Positions 19,388-28,674 of a stretch of 64,000 bases of DNA are shown here, piece by piece. Where the stretch lies: NCBI GenBank assembly GCA_902477075.1, contig CABSFU010000005.1:6263-70262 (forward strand). Reading direction: 5' to 3'. Under the pieces are notes generated by a model that was not told the origin of the DNA, did no database searches, and saw only the letters and a program-made list of their open reading frames with translations. Origin of the DNA: an uncultured Bacillales bacterium. GTDB taxonomy: Bacteria > Bacillota_I > Bacilli_A > RF39 > UBA660. Positions within the stretch are counted from its first letter, which is position 1; every line of letters starts with the position of its first letter. Position numbers and translations under genes: made by a program.

Positions 19388-19438
19388 AAGGAACTACTTT
19401 GGTTTCTTTTTATTTTGCAGTAAAGGAGGTGATGCCAA

Positions 19439-19638
19439 TGAAACCTAAAATTCAAGTAAAGGGAACATTACCACTTGTCGCAGACTTTCTAGGAGCTGAT
19501 GAGCAAAAGATATATTCCATCTTTAACTTGGATTTAAAAGAAGAAACCAAAGAGGGCAGTAAGGAAAAGAAAGGAGAGATAAAAAATGAAACTGCCAATA
19601 AAAGCAAATCCCTATCAGCATCAAAAGATAGCATTTAA
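19439..19638 (+). CDS. Hypothetical small Lys/Glu-rich protein
   Basis: ORF behind AAGGAGGTG that overlaps the SNF2 start. Confidence 0.4.
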
Positions 19639-20998
19639 TTTTGCACTTCAAAAGTTAGAAGAACAAGGTTGTGCTGCACTTTTAATGGATATGGGGCTTG
19701 GTAAGAGTCTTACATCAATAGCAATAACAGGACAATTATTTAATGACAAAAAGATTGAGAGAGTCCTGGTAATATGTCCAACGTCAATTATTGGTGTATG
19801 GCTGGAAGAATTTAAAAAGTTTGCAGACTTTGATTATTGTATTGAAGCAATCATAGGAACAACAATGAGTAAGCGAAAGGATAAGCTGAAACTATTATGT
19901 CATAAGATAGGATTAAAGGTTGCCATTATCAATTATGAAGCAACTTGGAGAATGGAAAAAGAATTAAATATTTATAAGCCAGATATTATTATTTGTGATG
20001 AATCACAAAAGATAAAAAATCCAAGTGCTTCACAAAGTAAGACCATTCATAGATTAGGAGTAAAAGCAAAATATAAAATTATATTAACAGGAACTCCAGT
20101 ACAAAATAGTCCAATGGATGTGTTTAGTCAGTGGAAGTTTTTAGATCCTAATATCTTTGGGTTAAGTTTTTATGCTTTCAGAAATCATTATGCCGTGATG
20201 GGTGGTTACTATAATCATCAAATATTGAGATATAAAAATATGGACGAATTAACAAGTAAAGCTCATAGTGTAGCATATAGAATCACAAAGGAAGAAGCAC
20301 TAGATTTGCCAAAACAAATATTTTTAAATAGATATTGTGAACTGGAACCTACAGCGAGAAAAATCTATGATACAGTAGTTAAAGAAAGTTATGCAGAACT
20401 TATGGATGGAGAAATAACAGCAACAAATGTCTTAACAAAATTGATGAGATTATCTCAAATAGCAGGAGGTCATGTCAAAGATGATGAAGGCAGAATGCAA
20501 GTTATATCAAAATCAAAACTTAATGAGTTAAAAGACATAATGGAAGATGTTATAATCGACAATAAAAAGAAACTTGTTATATTTGCTAGATTTATTCCAG
20601 AAATAGAATCTATTAAGTCATTAGCTAGAGAAATGGAGATTAGATATTCATATATAACTGGCGAAATTAAAACAGAAGAACGAAGTGAAATGTGTAGCAA
20701 GTTTCAAAATGACAACAATATAAAATTATTTATAGCCCAGATACAAACAGCTGGACTAGGAATAACACTAACGGCAGCTGATACTGCTGTTTTTTATAGT
20801 CTAGATTTTAACTATGCAAATTATAGTCAAGCAATTGCAAGGACTCATAGAATAGGACAAAAAAATACTTGTACCTACATTAACTTAATTGCTACTGAAA
20901 CAGTAGATGAAAAAATATTGAAAGCACTTGAAAGTAAACAAGATATAGCAAAAAACATTGTAGATAACTGGCGAGATTATTTCAAGAAAGGAGAATAA
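19586..20998 (+). CDS. SNF2-family (DEAD-like) helicase
   Basis: Motif I DMGLGKS, motif II CDESQKIKN, motif III LTGTPVQNS, motif VI QAIARTHRIGQK. Confidence 0.88.
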   Translation: MKLPIKANPYQHQKIAFNFALQKLEEQGCAALLMDMGLGKSLTSIAITGQLFNDKKIERVLVICPTSIIGVWLEEFKKFADFDYCIEAIIGTTMSKRKDKLKLLCHKIGLKVAIINYEATWRMEKELNIYKPDIIICDESQKIKNPSASQSKTIHRLGVKAKYKIILTGTPVQNSPMDVFSQWKFLDPNIFGLSFYAFRNHYAVMGGYYNHQILRYKNMDELTSKAHSVAYRITKEEALDLPKQIFLNRYCELEPTARKIYDTVVKESYAELMDGEITATNVLTKLMRLSQIAGGHVKDDEGRMQVISKSKLNELKDIMEDVIIDNKKKLVIFARFIPEIESIKSLAREMEIRYSYITGEIKTEERSEMCSKFQNDNNIKLFIAQIQTAGLGITLTAADTAVFYSLDFNYANYSQAIARTHRIGQKNTCTYINLIATETVDEKILKALESKQDIAKNIVDNWRDYFKKGE

Positions 20999-21002
20999 TA
21001 AC

Positions 21003-22523
21003 TTGAAACTTTTTAGTCTATTTTCAGGGATAGGAGGACCAGAAAAAGCACTAAAAAGAATTGGCATAGATTATGAACTCGTAGGTTATAGCGAGATAGA
21101 TAAATATGCTAGTAAAAGTTATTCAGCAGTACACGAAGAACCAGAAATAAAAAATTACTGGGATATAACAAAGATCAATGAAAAGGAACTTCCAGATTTT
21201 GATTTGATGACTTGGGGATTTCCTTGTCAAGATATTTCAATAGCAGGAAAACAAGCGGGCATTCATGAAGGAACACGTAGTGGACTTTATTATGATGGGC
21301 TTCGCATCTTAAAAGAAAAGAAACCTAAATATTCATTGATAGAAAATGTCAAAGCCTTAACAAGTAAAAAATTTAAAGATACTTTTGAAAGCATTTTGAA
21401 TGATTTGGAGTGTGCGGGATACAACAACTATTGGCAAGTACTAGATGCCAAAGATTACGGTATTCCCCAACACAGAGAACGAGTTTTCATCGTATCTATA
21501 AGGAAAGATGTAGACAAAGAGTATACATTCCCAGAGAAAGAGGTTCTTAAGTTAAAACTTAAAGATCTATTAGAAGATGAAGTCGATGAAAAGTATTATT
21601 TGAGTGATCGAATGATTAAAACTTTTTCTGATATGACAAATAGAAATGGTTATGTTAGGGGAAAATGTTTCAAACCACATAGTCTTGATGATGATAGAGT
21701 TGCTAACACAATAAAAACTACAGCAGGATCAAGACCAGAAGATAACTATGTTAAAAGAAAGTATGATGAATTTATTGAAGAAAAAGGTTATATACCAGAT
21801 ATATTCAATCCATACAATAAAACAGAAGTTAAAGACGTTGCTAAAACGATTACTGGAGAATGTGGTAGCAAGACATCTTCGGCAGCTCATCTTATAAAAG
21901 AACCAAGGCTATACAATCAAGCCTACAAAGTTGCAAATGAAAATATTTGTGAGAATGGGGATACGATTGATGCGTTTAATAAAAAACTAAATAAAACAGG
22001 AGTATCACCAACAGTAACAACTAGACCGGAAGGTTTTAAAACAGCCATACTTATTCCGGAAGCAACAAAGAAAGGTTATGCCGAGGCAACAGATGGCGAT
22101 GGCGTATATATCAATAGGCCTCATCAAAAAAGAGGTGTAGTTCAAAAAGATAAAATTCAAACACTAAAAACAACACTTGATGTAGGAGTTGTTGTAGAAA
22201 AGAAAATAAAATATGAGAAACCACTAGAACGAGAAGGATGGCACAATAAAGCCAAAGAAGTATTAAATACAGATGGCATATCAACGTGTATCCATACTCA
22301 GTCTAATAATCTTTTACAGAAAATCAAGGAGCCAAGTTTGAGAATAAGAAAATTAACACCACTTGAGTGTTGGCGACTTATGGGATTTGATGATGAAGAT
22401 TTTTATAAAGCTAGAGATGCAGGTATAAGCAATACTCAACTTTATAAACAAGCTGGAAACTCAATTGTAGTAAATGTATTAGAAAAAATATTTATAAATT
22501 TATTTGAAGGAGAAGAACAATGA
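21003..22523 (+). CDS. DNA (cytosine-5)-methyltransferase with an unusually long variable region
   Basis: Motifs FSGIGG (I), GFPCQDIS (IV), ENV (VI), QHRERVFIV (VIII), then roughly 250 aa before RKLTPLECWRLMGF (IX) and GNSIVVNV (X). TTG start. Confidence 0.9.
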   Translation: MKLFSLFSGIGGPEKALKRIGIDYELVGYSEIDKYASKSYSAVHEEPEIKNYWDITKINEKELPDFDLMTWGFPCQDISIAGKQAGIHEGTRSGLYYDGLRILKEKKPKYSLIENVKALTSKKFKDTFESILNDLECAGYNNYWQVLDAKDYGIPQHRERVFIVSIRKDVDKEYTFPEKEVLKLKLKDLLEDEVDEKYYLSDRMIKTFSDMTNRNGYVRGKCFKPHSLDDDRVANTIKTTAGSRPEDNYVKRKYDEFIEEKGYIPDIFNPYNKTEVKDVAKTITGECGSKTSSAAHLIKEPRLYNQAYKVANENICENGDTIDAFNKKLNKTGVSPTVTTRPEGFKTAILIPEATKKGYAEATDGDGVYINRPHQKRGVVQKDKIQTLKTTLDVGVVVEKKIKYEKPLEREGWHNKAKEVLNTDGISTCIHTQSNNLLQKIKEPSLRIRKLTPLECWRLMGFDDEDFYKARDAGISNTQLYKQAGNSIVVNVLEKIFINLFEGEEQ

Positions 22524-22864
22524 AATCAATTATTACACAAGAAGTATTAGACCAAGTATGGGAAATAGGTCATCAAAGAGTTATGGAGTTAGTGGATATG
22601 AAAGAAAAATATCCAAGACTAACTAGACAAATAGATACATTAAGACAGCAATACATTATTTGTCTAAACTCAATCTCAACTAGAGATTTTAATCGTATTG
22701 AAAAAACAAGAATAGTAATCAATAATCTTGAAACAGAAATAGCAGAATTACAAAAAGAATGTGATGCTGATGAGCGAAGAAATCAAAAAGCTAAAAAAAT
22801 AAAAGAGGAAGCATCTATGGAAGAATTAAAAACCGAAAGTGAGGAAAAAGAAAATGGAAAATAG
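22520..22864 (+). CDS. Hypothetical phage protein (coiled coil)
   Basis: 114-aa ORF, translationally coupled (ATGA overlap) to the methyltransferase gene. Confidence 0.5.
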   Translation: MKSIITQEVLDQVWEIGHQRVMELVDMKEKYPRLTRQIDTLRQQYIICLNSISTRDFNRIEKTRIVINNLETEIAELQKECDADERRNQKAKKIKEEASMEELKTESEEKENGK

Positions 22865-23267
22865 TATAGATTTACAAATGGCAGATAGACTTCAAGAATT
22901 AAGAGATGAAAAAGAACAACTAGAGCTTTCACTAAAAGAAACAAATGCTCTAATAGAATCGGTAGAACAGGATCTAGTTGCAGCAATGCTTACAGCAGAA
23001 CTAGACTCTTTCAAGCGAAATGGACACACTTACAGCCTAAAAGTAGATACTTACGCATCTGCCAAGGCTGACAAGAAACCAGAGCTCTTTGAGGCTTTAA
23101 GAGCCAATAATGCGGGCGACTTGGTACAAGAGCAAGTAAATGCTAATAGTTTAAGAGCTTTTGTAAAAGAATTAAAAGCCAACAATGATGATGAAATTCC
23201 AGAGTGGATAGTAGATTATATTAATGTTTACGATAAAACTAAAATTGCAGTAAGAAAAAGCAATTAG
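22854..23267 (+). CDS. Hypothetical phage protein
   Basis: ORF with an N-terminal coiled coil. Start chosen at MENSIDLQ. Confidence 0.5.
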   Translation: MENSIDLQMADRLQELRDEKEQLELSLKETNALIESVEQDLVAAMLTAELDSFKRNGHTYSLKVDTYASAKADKKPELFEALRANNAGDLVQEQVNANSLRAFVKELKANNDDEIPEWIVDYINVYDKTKIAVRKSN

Positions 23268-23291
23268 TATGATATAATAAAACTAACAAAC

Positions 23292-23317
23292 AAATAGTAA
23301 TTTGAAAGTGAGATAAT
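23292..23317 (+). repeat. 26-nt cassette leader, copy 1 (AAATAGTAATTTGAAAGTGAGATAAT)
   Basis: 25 of 26 nt are identical to 54294-54319. It includes the SD-like GAAAGTGAG directly upstream of the first cargo ORF. Confidence 0.85.
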
Positions 23318-23319
23318 TT

Positions 23320-23823
23320 ATGAAGAAATATATATTAAATCCTATTTCATTATTTTTTATAGGTGCTATTTTAGGAATAATAAGCAAATTATTGGATATA
23401 CTTTTTGTTGGCAATTTATTTATGATGACACTTGGATATATGTTTTCAGATTTACCAATATGGGTACTATTAGGAATATTGATTTCGATATATAGTGATA
23501 CAAGGAAAAAAGCAATGATAAATATATTTCCATTTTGTATAGGAATGCTAATTTCATACTATGTAACAGCAGAATTAACAAATGCAGTATATAGCTGGAA
23601 TTTTATCAAAGGTTGGACAATATTTTCTTGTTTATCGCCTTTATTTGCTTATTTTACTTGGAAAACAAAAGAAGAAGGATTATTTGCCAAATTTATATCA
23701 ATAGGAATTATTTTAGTAACAATTATTGGAAATTATATACTAGTTAGAACATTTACTATACCAGATTTAATAATAATACCTATAATCGTTTACTTCCTAT
23801 TTATTAAAAAAGTTAAAAGATAA
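23320..23823 (+). CDS. Integral membrane protein (about 5 TM), cargo cassette
   Basis: 167-aa hydrophobic ORF, AT-rich and host-like in composition. No family recognised. Confidence 0.55.
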   Translation: MKKYILNPISLFFIGAILGIISKLLDILFVGNLFMMTLGYMFSDLPIWVLLGILISIYSDTRKKAMINIFPFCIGMLISYYVTAELTNAVYSWNFIKGWTIFSCLSPLFAYFTWKTKEEGLFAKFISIGIILVTIIGNYILVRTFTIPDLIIIPIIVYFLFIKKVKR

Positions 23824-23833
23824 ATTACAATTT
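23822..23833 (+). repeat. Junction 12-mer AAATTACAATTT (site A)
   Basis: Overlaps the stop codon of 23320..23823. Confidence 0.8.
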
Positions 23834-23863
23834 TGATAATAAAGAAAAAGGAGATTATGTATT

Positions 23864-24382
23864 ATGAAAAGAGAAAGATATTCAATAATTTATAGTAGTA
23901 AAACAGGAAATACAAAAAAACTTGCAGAGGCAATCTATAATACTTTACCTCAAAATAAGTGTGATTATTATGGTACAGTGGATAAAATTGATGCTGTATT
24001 AAGTAATGTAATTTATATTGGTTTTTGGACAGAAAAAGGAAATGCTGATCATCTAACAATAGATTTTTTAAATAAATTAAAAAACAAAAAAATATTTTTA
24101 TTTGGGACAGCAGGATATGGCGAAAGTGAAAAATATTTTGAGGGTATTATTAATAATGTAAAAAAGAATATTGATAGTAGCAATACAATAATGGGTACTT
24201 TTATGTGTCAAGGTAAAATGCCATTATCAGTTAGAGAAAGATATGAAAAAATGAGAGAACAAAATAATATTTCACTTAACATTGATAAATTAATTGCTAA
24301 CTTTGATAAAGCAATATCACATCCAAATAAAGATGATTTAAAAACATTAGAACAAATTGTAATATTATACGAGGAGAAATAA
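23864..24382 (+). CDS. Flavodoxin-family protein, cargo cassette
   Basis: N-terminal IIYSSKTGNTKKLAEAI (S/T-x-T-G-x-T FMN phosphate loop), 172 aa. Confidence 0.7.
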   Translation: MKRERYSIIYSSKTGNTKKLAEAIYNTLPQNKCDYYGTVDKIDAVLSNVIYIGFWTEKGNADHLTIDFLNKLKNKKIFLFGTAGYGESEKYFEGIINNVKKNIDSSNTIMGTFMCQGKMPLSVRERYEKMREQNNISLNIDKLIANFDKAISHPNKDDLKTLEQIVILYEEK

Positions 24383-24385
24383 AAA

Positions 24386-24500
24386 TTATTCAAATCTACT
24401 ATGTGATGATGGAATACACCCAAATGAAAAAGGACACAAAATTATTGCAGAAGCTATAAAGGAACATATAGAAAAAAGAACAATAAAATTAATAGGTTAA
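24386..24500 (+). pseudogene. 3' remnant of an SGNH/GDSL hydrolase gene
   Basis: The frame reads ...NLLCDDGIHPNEKGHKIIAEAIKEHIEKRTIKLIG*, which is SGNH block V (D-x-x-H). There is no start codon and no upstream blocks I-III. Confidence 0.55.
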
Positions 24501-24504
24501 CTAC

Positions 24505-24520
24505 AACTTACAATTTGTAG
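24505..24520 (+). repeat. Junction motif variant (site B: AACTTACAATTTGTAG)
   Basis: A degenerate copy of the 12-mer directly after the SGNH remnant stop. It is embedded in the inverted repeat CTACAA...TTGTAG. Confidence 0.6.
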
Positions 24521-24524
24521 AAAA

Positions 24525-24568
24525 GCAAAGAATCTTTGCTAAAAACAATAATATTGTAAAGAATCTTT
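24525..24568 (+). promoter_or_regulatory. Two copies of palindrome AAAGA-A-TCTTT (candidate operators) upstream of the XRE gene
   Basis: gcAAAGAATCTTTgc at 24525-24539 and gtAAAGAATCTTTga at 24556-24570, with centres 31 bp apart. The CAATAaTATTG palindrome lies between them. Confidence 0.45.
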
Positions 24569-24620
24569 GATAGATTATTTAATCTTTTATTAATAAAATA
24601 TTTTTGGAAGGAGGAAAATT

Positions 24621-25178
24621 ATGGATCTGGGTAAAAAAATATTAGATATAAGAAAGGATAACAAAATGTCTCAAGAAGATTTTGCAGAGATTTTTAATGT
24701 AACTAGACAGACTATATCTAGTTGGGAAAACTCTAAAAGTTATCCAGATATTGAAACACTTATAAAGATGAGTGATAAATTTAATGTTTCTCTAGATATT
24801 TTGTTAAAAGGTGATAAAAAAATGATAAAGAACATTGATGAAAATGTTAAAAATAACAAGAGAAATAAGAAAATAATAATTATTTTAATAACAATTATTA
24901 TTGCACTTGCAATTGCCTTTGGAATTATTTATAAATTTAGTTTATTTGGTTTCAATAATACAAAGAGTGATGCTAAAGGAAGTTTATATGTAGCTTGTTC
25001 TCTAAAGGATAATAAATACTTTTATAATGTAAACTATGGAGATAATTATAGAATATTATCTGTTGATGGAGATGAATACATTATGAAGAATGTGGATACA
25101 GAAAAAGCAACAAATGCTAAAGAAGTGATAGATATAATTAAAGATTATTTTGAATTACATAATGGCAGTTGTGAATAA
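24621..25178 (+). CDS. XRE-family HTH protein with a TM helix and an extracytoplasmic domain
   Basis: N-terminal MSQEDFAEIFNVTRQTISSWENSKSYPDIETLIKMS HTH, then the TM segment IIIILITIIIALAIAFGII. Confidence 0.75.
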   Translation: MDLGKKILDIRKDNKMSQEDFAEIFNVTRQTISSWENSKSYPDIETLIKMSDKFNVSLDILLKGDKKMIKNIDENVKNNKRNKKIIIILITIIIALAIAFGIIYKFSLFGFNNTKSDAKGSLYVACSLKDNKYFYNVNYGDNYRILSVDGDEYIMKNVDTEKATNAKEVIDIIKDYFELHNGSCE

Positions 25179-25188
25179 ATTACAATTT
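25177..25188 (+). repeat. Junction 12-mer AAATTACAATTT (site C, end of array 1)
   Basis: Overlaps the stop codon of 24621..25178. Confidence 0.8.
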
Positions 25189-25207
25189 ATCAGTTAGTTT
25201 TATAATG

Positions 25208-25235
25208 GAGATTATCAAAATGATAGTCTCTTTTT
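25208..25235 (+). terminator. Rho-independent terminator closing cargo array 1
   Basis: gagattatca-aaa-tgatagtctc followed by TTTTT. Confidence 0.6.
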
Positions 25236-25265
25236 CATGCAAAAAAAAAGAAAGGAAAAAATAAT

Positions 25266-25976
25266 ATGGAAAATAAAAATGAATTAGAAGTAAAGAAAGA
25301 TGAGAACTTTATTGTTCCATCAGGACAACTTGAAATAGATACAGAAGATTTGGAAGGACTTACAATATCATTTGATAAAGTTAGTATTCCAAGTGGAGGA
25401 GGTACTATGTGGGAACTTCCAGGAATGGAAAATCCAGATGAACCAGAATACAACAAAGAAATAGAGGGAGTTATAGTAGATCATTATCCAGTAAATGCTT
25501 TCTTTGAAAATGAGTACACTGGAGAAATTGTGCCACCAACTTGTAGCTCTATGGATGGAAAGTTAGGTATAGGAAATCCAGGAGGAATGTGTGCAAATTG
25601 TCCACTAAATAAATATGGCAGTGCCGATGATGGAAAAGGTAAAAAGTGTAAGAACTTAAGAAGAATTTACATCTTGCGAAGTGGAGAAATACTACCACTA
25701 CTCGTAACACTTCCACCTACATCTATTAAGAATTTCTCCGATTATATTTCAAAGAGAATTGTAACTAAAGGTATGAAAGCCTGTGATGTTGTTACTAAAA
25801 TGACTTTAACTGTTGAAAAAAGTCAAACAGGTATTAAATACTCAAAAGTTCAATTCTCAATCGCAAGAACTTTGCGACTAGAAGAAAAGAAAGTAATGAG
25901 AGAATTCTCGAACAATATCAAGCAAACAACAAGATTACAAAGAGTTGATGAAACTGATAATAGCGTATTAGATTAA
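25266..25976 (+). CDS. Hypothetical phage replication-module protein with a Cys cluster
   Basis: 236-aa ORF. CSSMDG...CANCPLNKYGS...KKCKN suggests a zinc-binding element. It lies directly upstream of the primase-helicase gene. Confidence 0.5.
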   Translation: MENKNELEVKKDENFIVPSGQLEIDTEDLEGLTISFDKVSIPSGGGTMWELPGMENPDEPEYNKEIEGVIVDHYPVNAFFENEYTGEIVPPTCSSMDGKLGIGNPGGMCANCPLNKYGSADDGKGKKCKNLRRIYILRSGEILPLLVTLPPTSIKNFSDYISKRIVTKGMKACDVVTKMTLTVEKSQTGIKYSKVQFSIARTLRLEEKKVMREFSNNIKQTTRLQRVDETDNSVLD

Positions 25977-25995
25977 ACAGAACAGGAGGGAGAAG

Positions 25996-28674
25996 ATGGA
26001 ATCGATAGATGATGCTATCAATTACGAAGAAGAATATAAAACATACCTACAAGGTGTAAAAAAGAATGGTAATTCCCTCATAGCAAAATGTCCATTTCAT
26101 GATGATAGTAAGCCATCATTTAGTGTAGATTTAACGACAGGCAAGTATCATTGCTTTGGATGTGAGGAAAAAGGTAACTTTATCAGTTTTGTTGCGAAAG
26201 TAAAAGGAATTGATACTCAATTAGTCTATCAAGAACTATGTTCAAAATATAACTTTGTACCACCAAAAGTTAACTTTGAAGAAAATTTGGAAAACGAACC
26301 ATTTTGCTTGAAAACTTATGCCAAAATGAAAATGATACCTTTACCATATTTAGAAAAGATATGGAAATTAAGTGATAGTAAAAAAGGTATAAAAATACCA
26401 TACTTTGATATCAATGAAAATGTTGTAGCAACAAGGTATCGTGGCGAAAATAAAGCATTCAGATGGGAGAAAAACTCAAAGATAGTTCCATATGGACTTC
26501 AAAGGTCATTACGATTTGTAGATGATGACTATGTGATCCTAGTAGAAGGAGAAAGTGATACGCAGTCGCTTTCTCTTGCTGGGTTCTCGGTATTTGGAAT
26601 ACCAGGAGCAACAATGTTTAAAGTAGAATGGGTAAAGTATCTAGGAAATAAAAACATATACATTCATGTTGAAAATGATACCGGAGGTACTATATTTCGA
26701 AACAAAATATGTGAAACTTTATATAACAGAAATTATAAGGGAAAAGTCTATGAGATGTCATGTAGCACAGAGGGATACAAAGATCCAAGTGATTTGTTTA
26801 AATCGTGTGTTGGAACATACACAGATAAAATAGATTTGAACCAATATGCATCATTTCGCACCAAAATAAAACAACTTATGGAAAATGCAATACTTCTTGA
26901 TTTAAAAGAAGTTGTAGCATTGGCTAATGAGCCAGTACCGGGAATGCCCGCAAAAGTAAGGATTCCAGACGATTATGAGCTTACTAAGGATGGAATAGTG
27001 TACAAAGATGGCAAAGGAGATGTTCTTTTAATATGTAGAATTCCGGTCATAATTAGTGCAATATACTATAATTTGGAAGATGAAACAGAAGAACTAGAAG
27101 TATCATTTTATAAGTTTAAAAGATGGAACTCGTTTTTAACTACGAGGAGCATAATCAATAATCAACGTAGTATTTTGCAACTAGGAGAAAAAGGCATACC
27201 CATAACAGGAGAGAATGCTAAAAGAATGTCGGACTACCTTGGACAACTTGATGAGTTAAACTTTGATACCCTAGAAACAAAGAAATGTGTGTCACAGTTT
27301 GGATGGTGGGGAAATCACTTTCTCCCACATTATCCTGGAGATATAAATCTTAAAAGTGATGGATCAAATAAACAACTTATCACAGGATATGAAGAAGAAG
27401 GAAACCTGGATACATGGGTAGAAAAAGTAAAGTCATTATTAAAGAATGATTTATTTAACTGTATGTTAAAAGTAAGTTTTGCATCACCGCTTATTAAACT
27501 ACTTCGTGCAAGACTTTTTATAACACACTTCTGGGCTGACTCAAGAGCAGGAAAAACGGCAGCACTAAAAGTTGCCCTATCTGTATGGGGAAATCCAGAT
27601 GCTACGATGGGAAACTTCAACTCAACAAGTGTTGGTATTGAGAGAATGGCATCACTTTATAATGATCTACCATTTGGAATTGATGAGAAACAAGCTGTAG
27701 GAAACAACAAAGATTTTATTAATAATTTAGTGTATATGCTAGGACTTGGGCAAGGAAGAACGCGAGGCACAAAAACAGGCAGTATTCAGTCGAGATCATC
27801 ATGGAACATGGCAATAATAACAACAGGCGAAGAACCTATAACATCAGAAACTTCCCAAACTGGAATATCAAGTAGAACGTTAGAATTATACGGACCACTA
27901 TTTGACCGAGAACGTGATGCTATAGAGATGCATCGGTTTACAACGAAAAACTATGGATTAGCTGGAAGAAAATATATCAAATACATTATAGAAAATATTG
28001 TTGTACCTAAATCAAACTTACTTGATGACTTATATGATTTTTTCTGTAAGACTCTAGAAGAAGATAAAGAGGAGAATATAAGCAGTCACATAGCATCGGT
28101 AAGTCTTATATGCGTAGCCGATTACATATCAAACCTTATTATTTTTGATATTGATGATATAAAGGCAACCTTGTGTTTTGGCAAAAGGATACTTGAAAAG
28201 TTAGAAACTCAAAAAGAAACTGACATTGTAGATAAAGCTTATAACTACATTAAAAGTTGGATCATAGTAAACGTGAATTATTTTAGTCCATTATCAAAGA
28301 CACAAATATATGGAACTCATGAAATCATAGATGGCGTATTATATTATTTAGTGCAACCTAGTATCTTGCAACAAGAACTAACAAAACAAGGATACAATTA
28401 TAAGAAGGTAATGAAGGGTTTTAATGAACGAGGTTATATTCTAATTGAATCAAGCCAAAGAAGAAATACTATACGAAGAACCAGTGGCGGAACGACCACT
28501 GCATATATTGCTATAAGAGTTGATGAGGATATGAAAGACATAACACCAACAGAGCAAATGAGAATCGAAGATGTTGAGTGGACGGAGGCTATGGAGTTAA
28601 GTCACGAGGCAGATATTCTAAAACAAAAAATAGAGGAACATAAGAAAAAACGAATGGAACTTGAACGCAAATAA
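25996..28674 (+). CDS. DNA primase / replicative helicase fusion (CHC2 zinc finger, Toprim, P-loop DUF927-like domain)
   Basis: CPFHDDSKPSFSV...YHCFGCEEKGN (zf-CHC2), VEGESDTQS (Toprim) and ADSRAGKTAALKVAL (Walker A-like). Confidence 0.85.
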   Translation: MESIDDAINYEEEYKTYLQGVKKNGNSLIAKCPFHDDSKPSFSVDLTTGKYHCFGCEEKGNFISFVAKVKGIDTQLVYQELCSKYNFVPPKVNFEENLENEPFCLKTYAKMKMIPLPYLEKIWKLSDSKKGIKIPYFDINENVVATRYRGENKAFRWEKNSKIVPYGLQRSLRFVDDDYVILVEGESDTQSLSLAGFSVFGIPGATMFKVEWVKYLGNKNIYIHVENDTGGTIFRNKICETLYNRNYKGKVYEMSCSTEGYKDPSDLFKSCVGTYTDKIDLNQYASFRTKIKQLMENAILLDLKEVVALANEPVPGMPAKVRIPDDYELTKDGIVYKDGKGDVLLICRIPVIISAIYYNLEDETEELEVSFYKFKRWNSFLTTRSIINNQRSILQLGEKGIPITGENAKRMSDYLGQLDELNFDTLETKKCVSQFGWWGNHFLPHYPGDINLKSDGSNKQLITGYEEEGNLDTWVEKVKSLLKNDLFNCMLKVSFASPLIKLLRARLFITHFWADSRAGKTAALKVALSVWGNPDATMGNFNSTSVGIERMASLYNDLPFGIDEKQAVGNNKDFINNLVYMLGLGQGRTRGTKTGSIQSRSSWNMAIITTGEEPITSETSQTGISSRTLELYGPLFDRERDAIEMHRFTTKNYGLAGRKYIKYIIENIVVPKSNLLDDLYDFFCKTLEEDKEENISSHIASVSLICVADYISNLIIFDIDDIKATLCFGKRILEKLETQKETDIVDKAYNYIKSWIIVNVNYFSPLSKTQIYGTHEIIDGVLYYLVQPSILQQELTKQGYNYKKVMKGFNERGYILIESSQRRNTIRRTSGGTTTAYIAIRVDEDMKDITPTEQMRIEDVEWTEAMELSHEADILKQKIEEHKKKRMELERK

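Noticed and set aside
23292-25188. Calling the cargo arrays a classical integron
   Set aside because: There is no IntI-type tyrosine integrase, attI or Pc arrangement. The 12-mer lacks the R''/L''-L'/R' structure and the length of attC sites. It is reported as an integron-like cassette organisation only.
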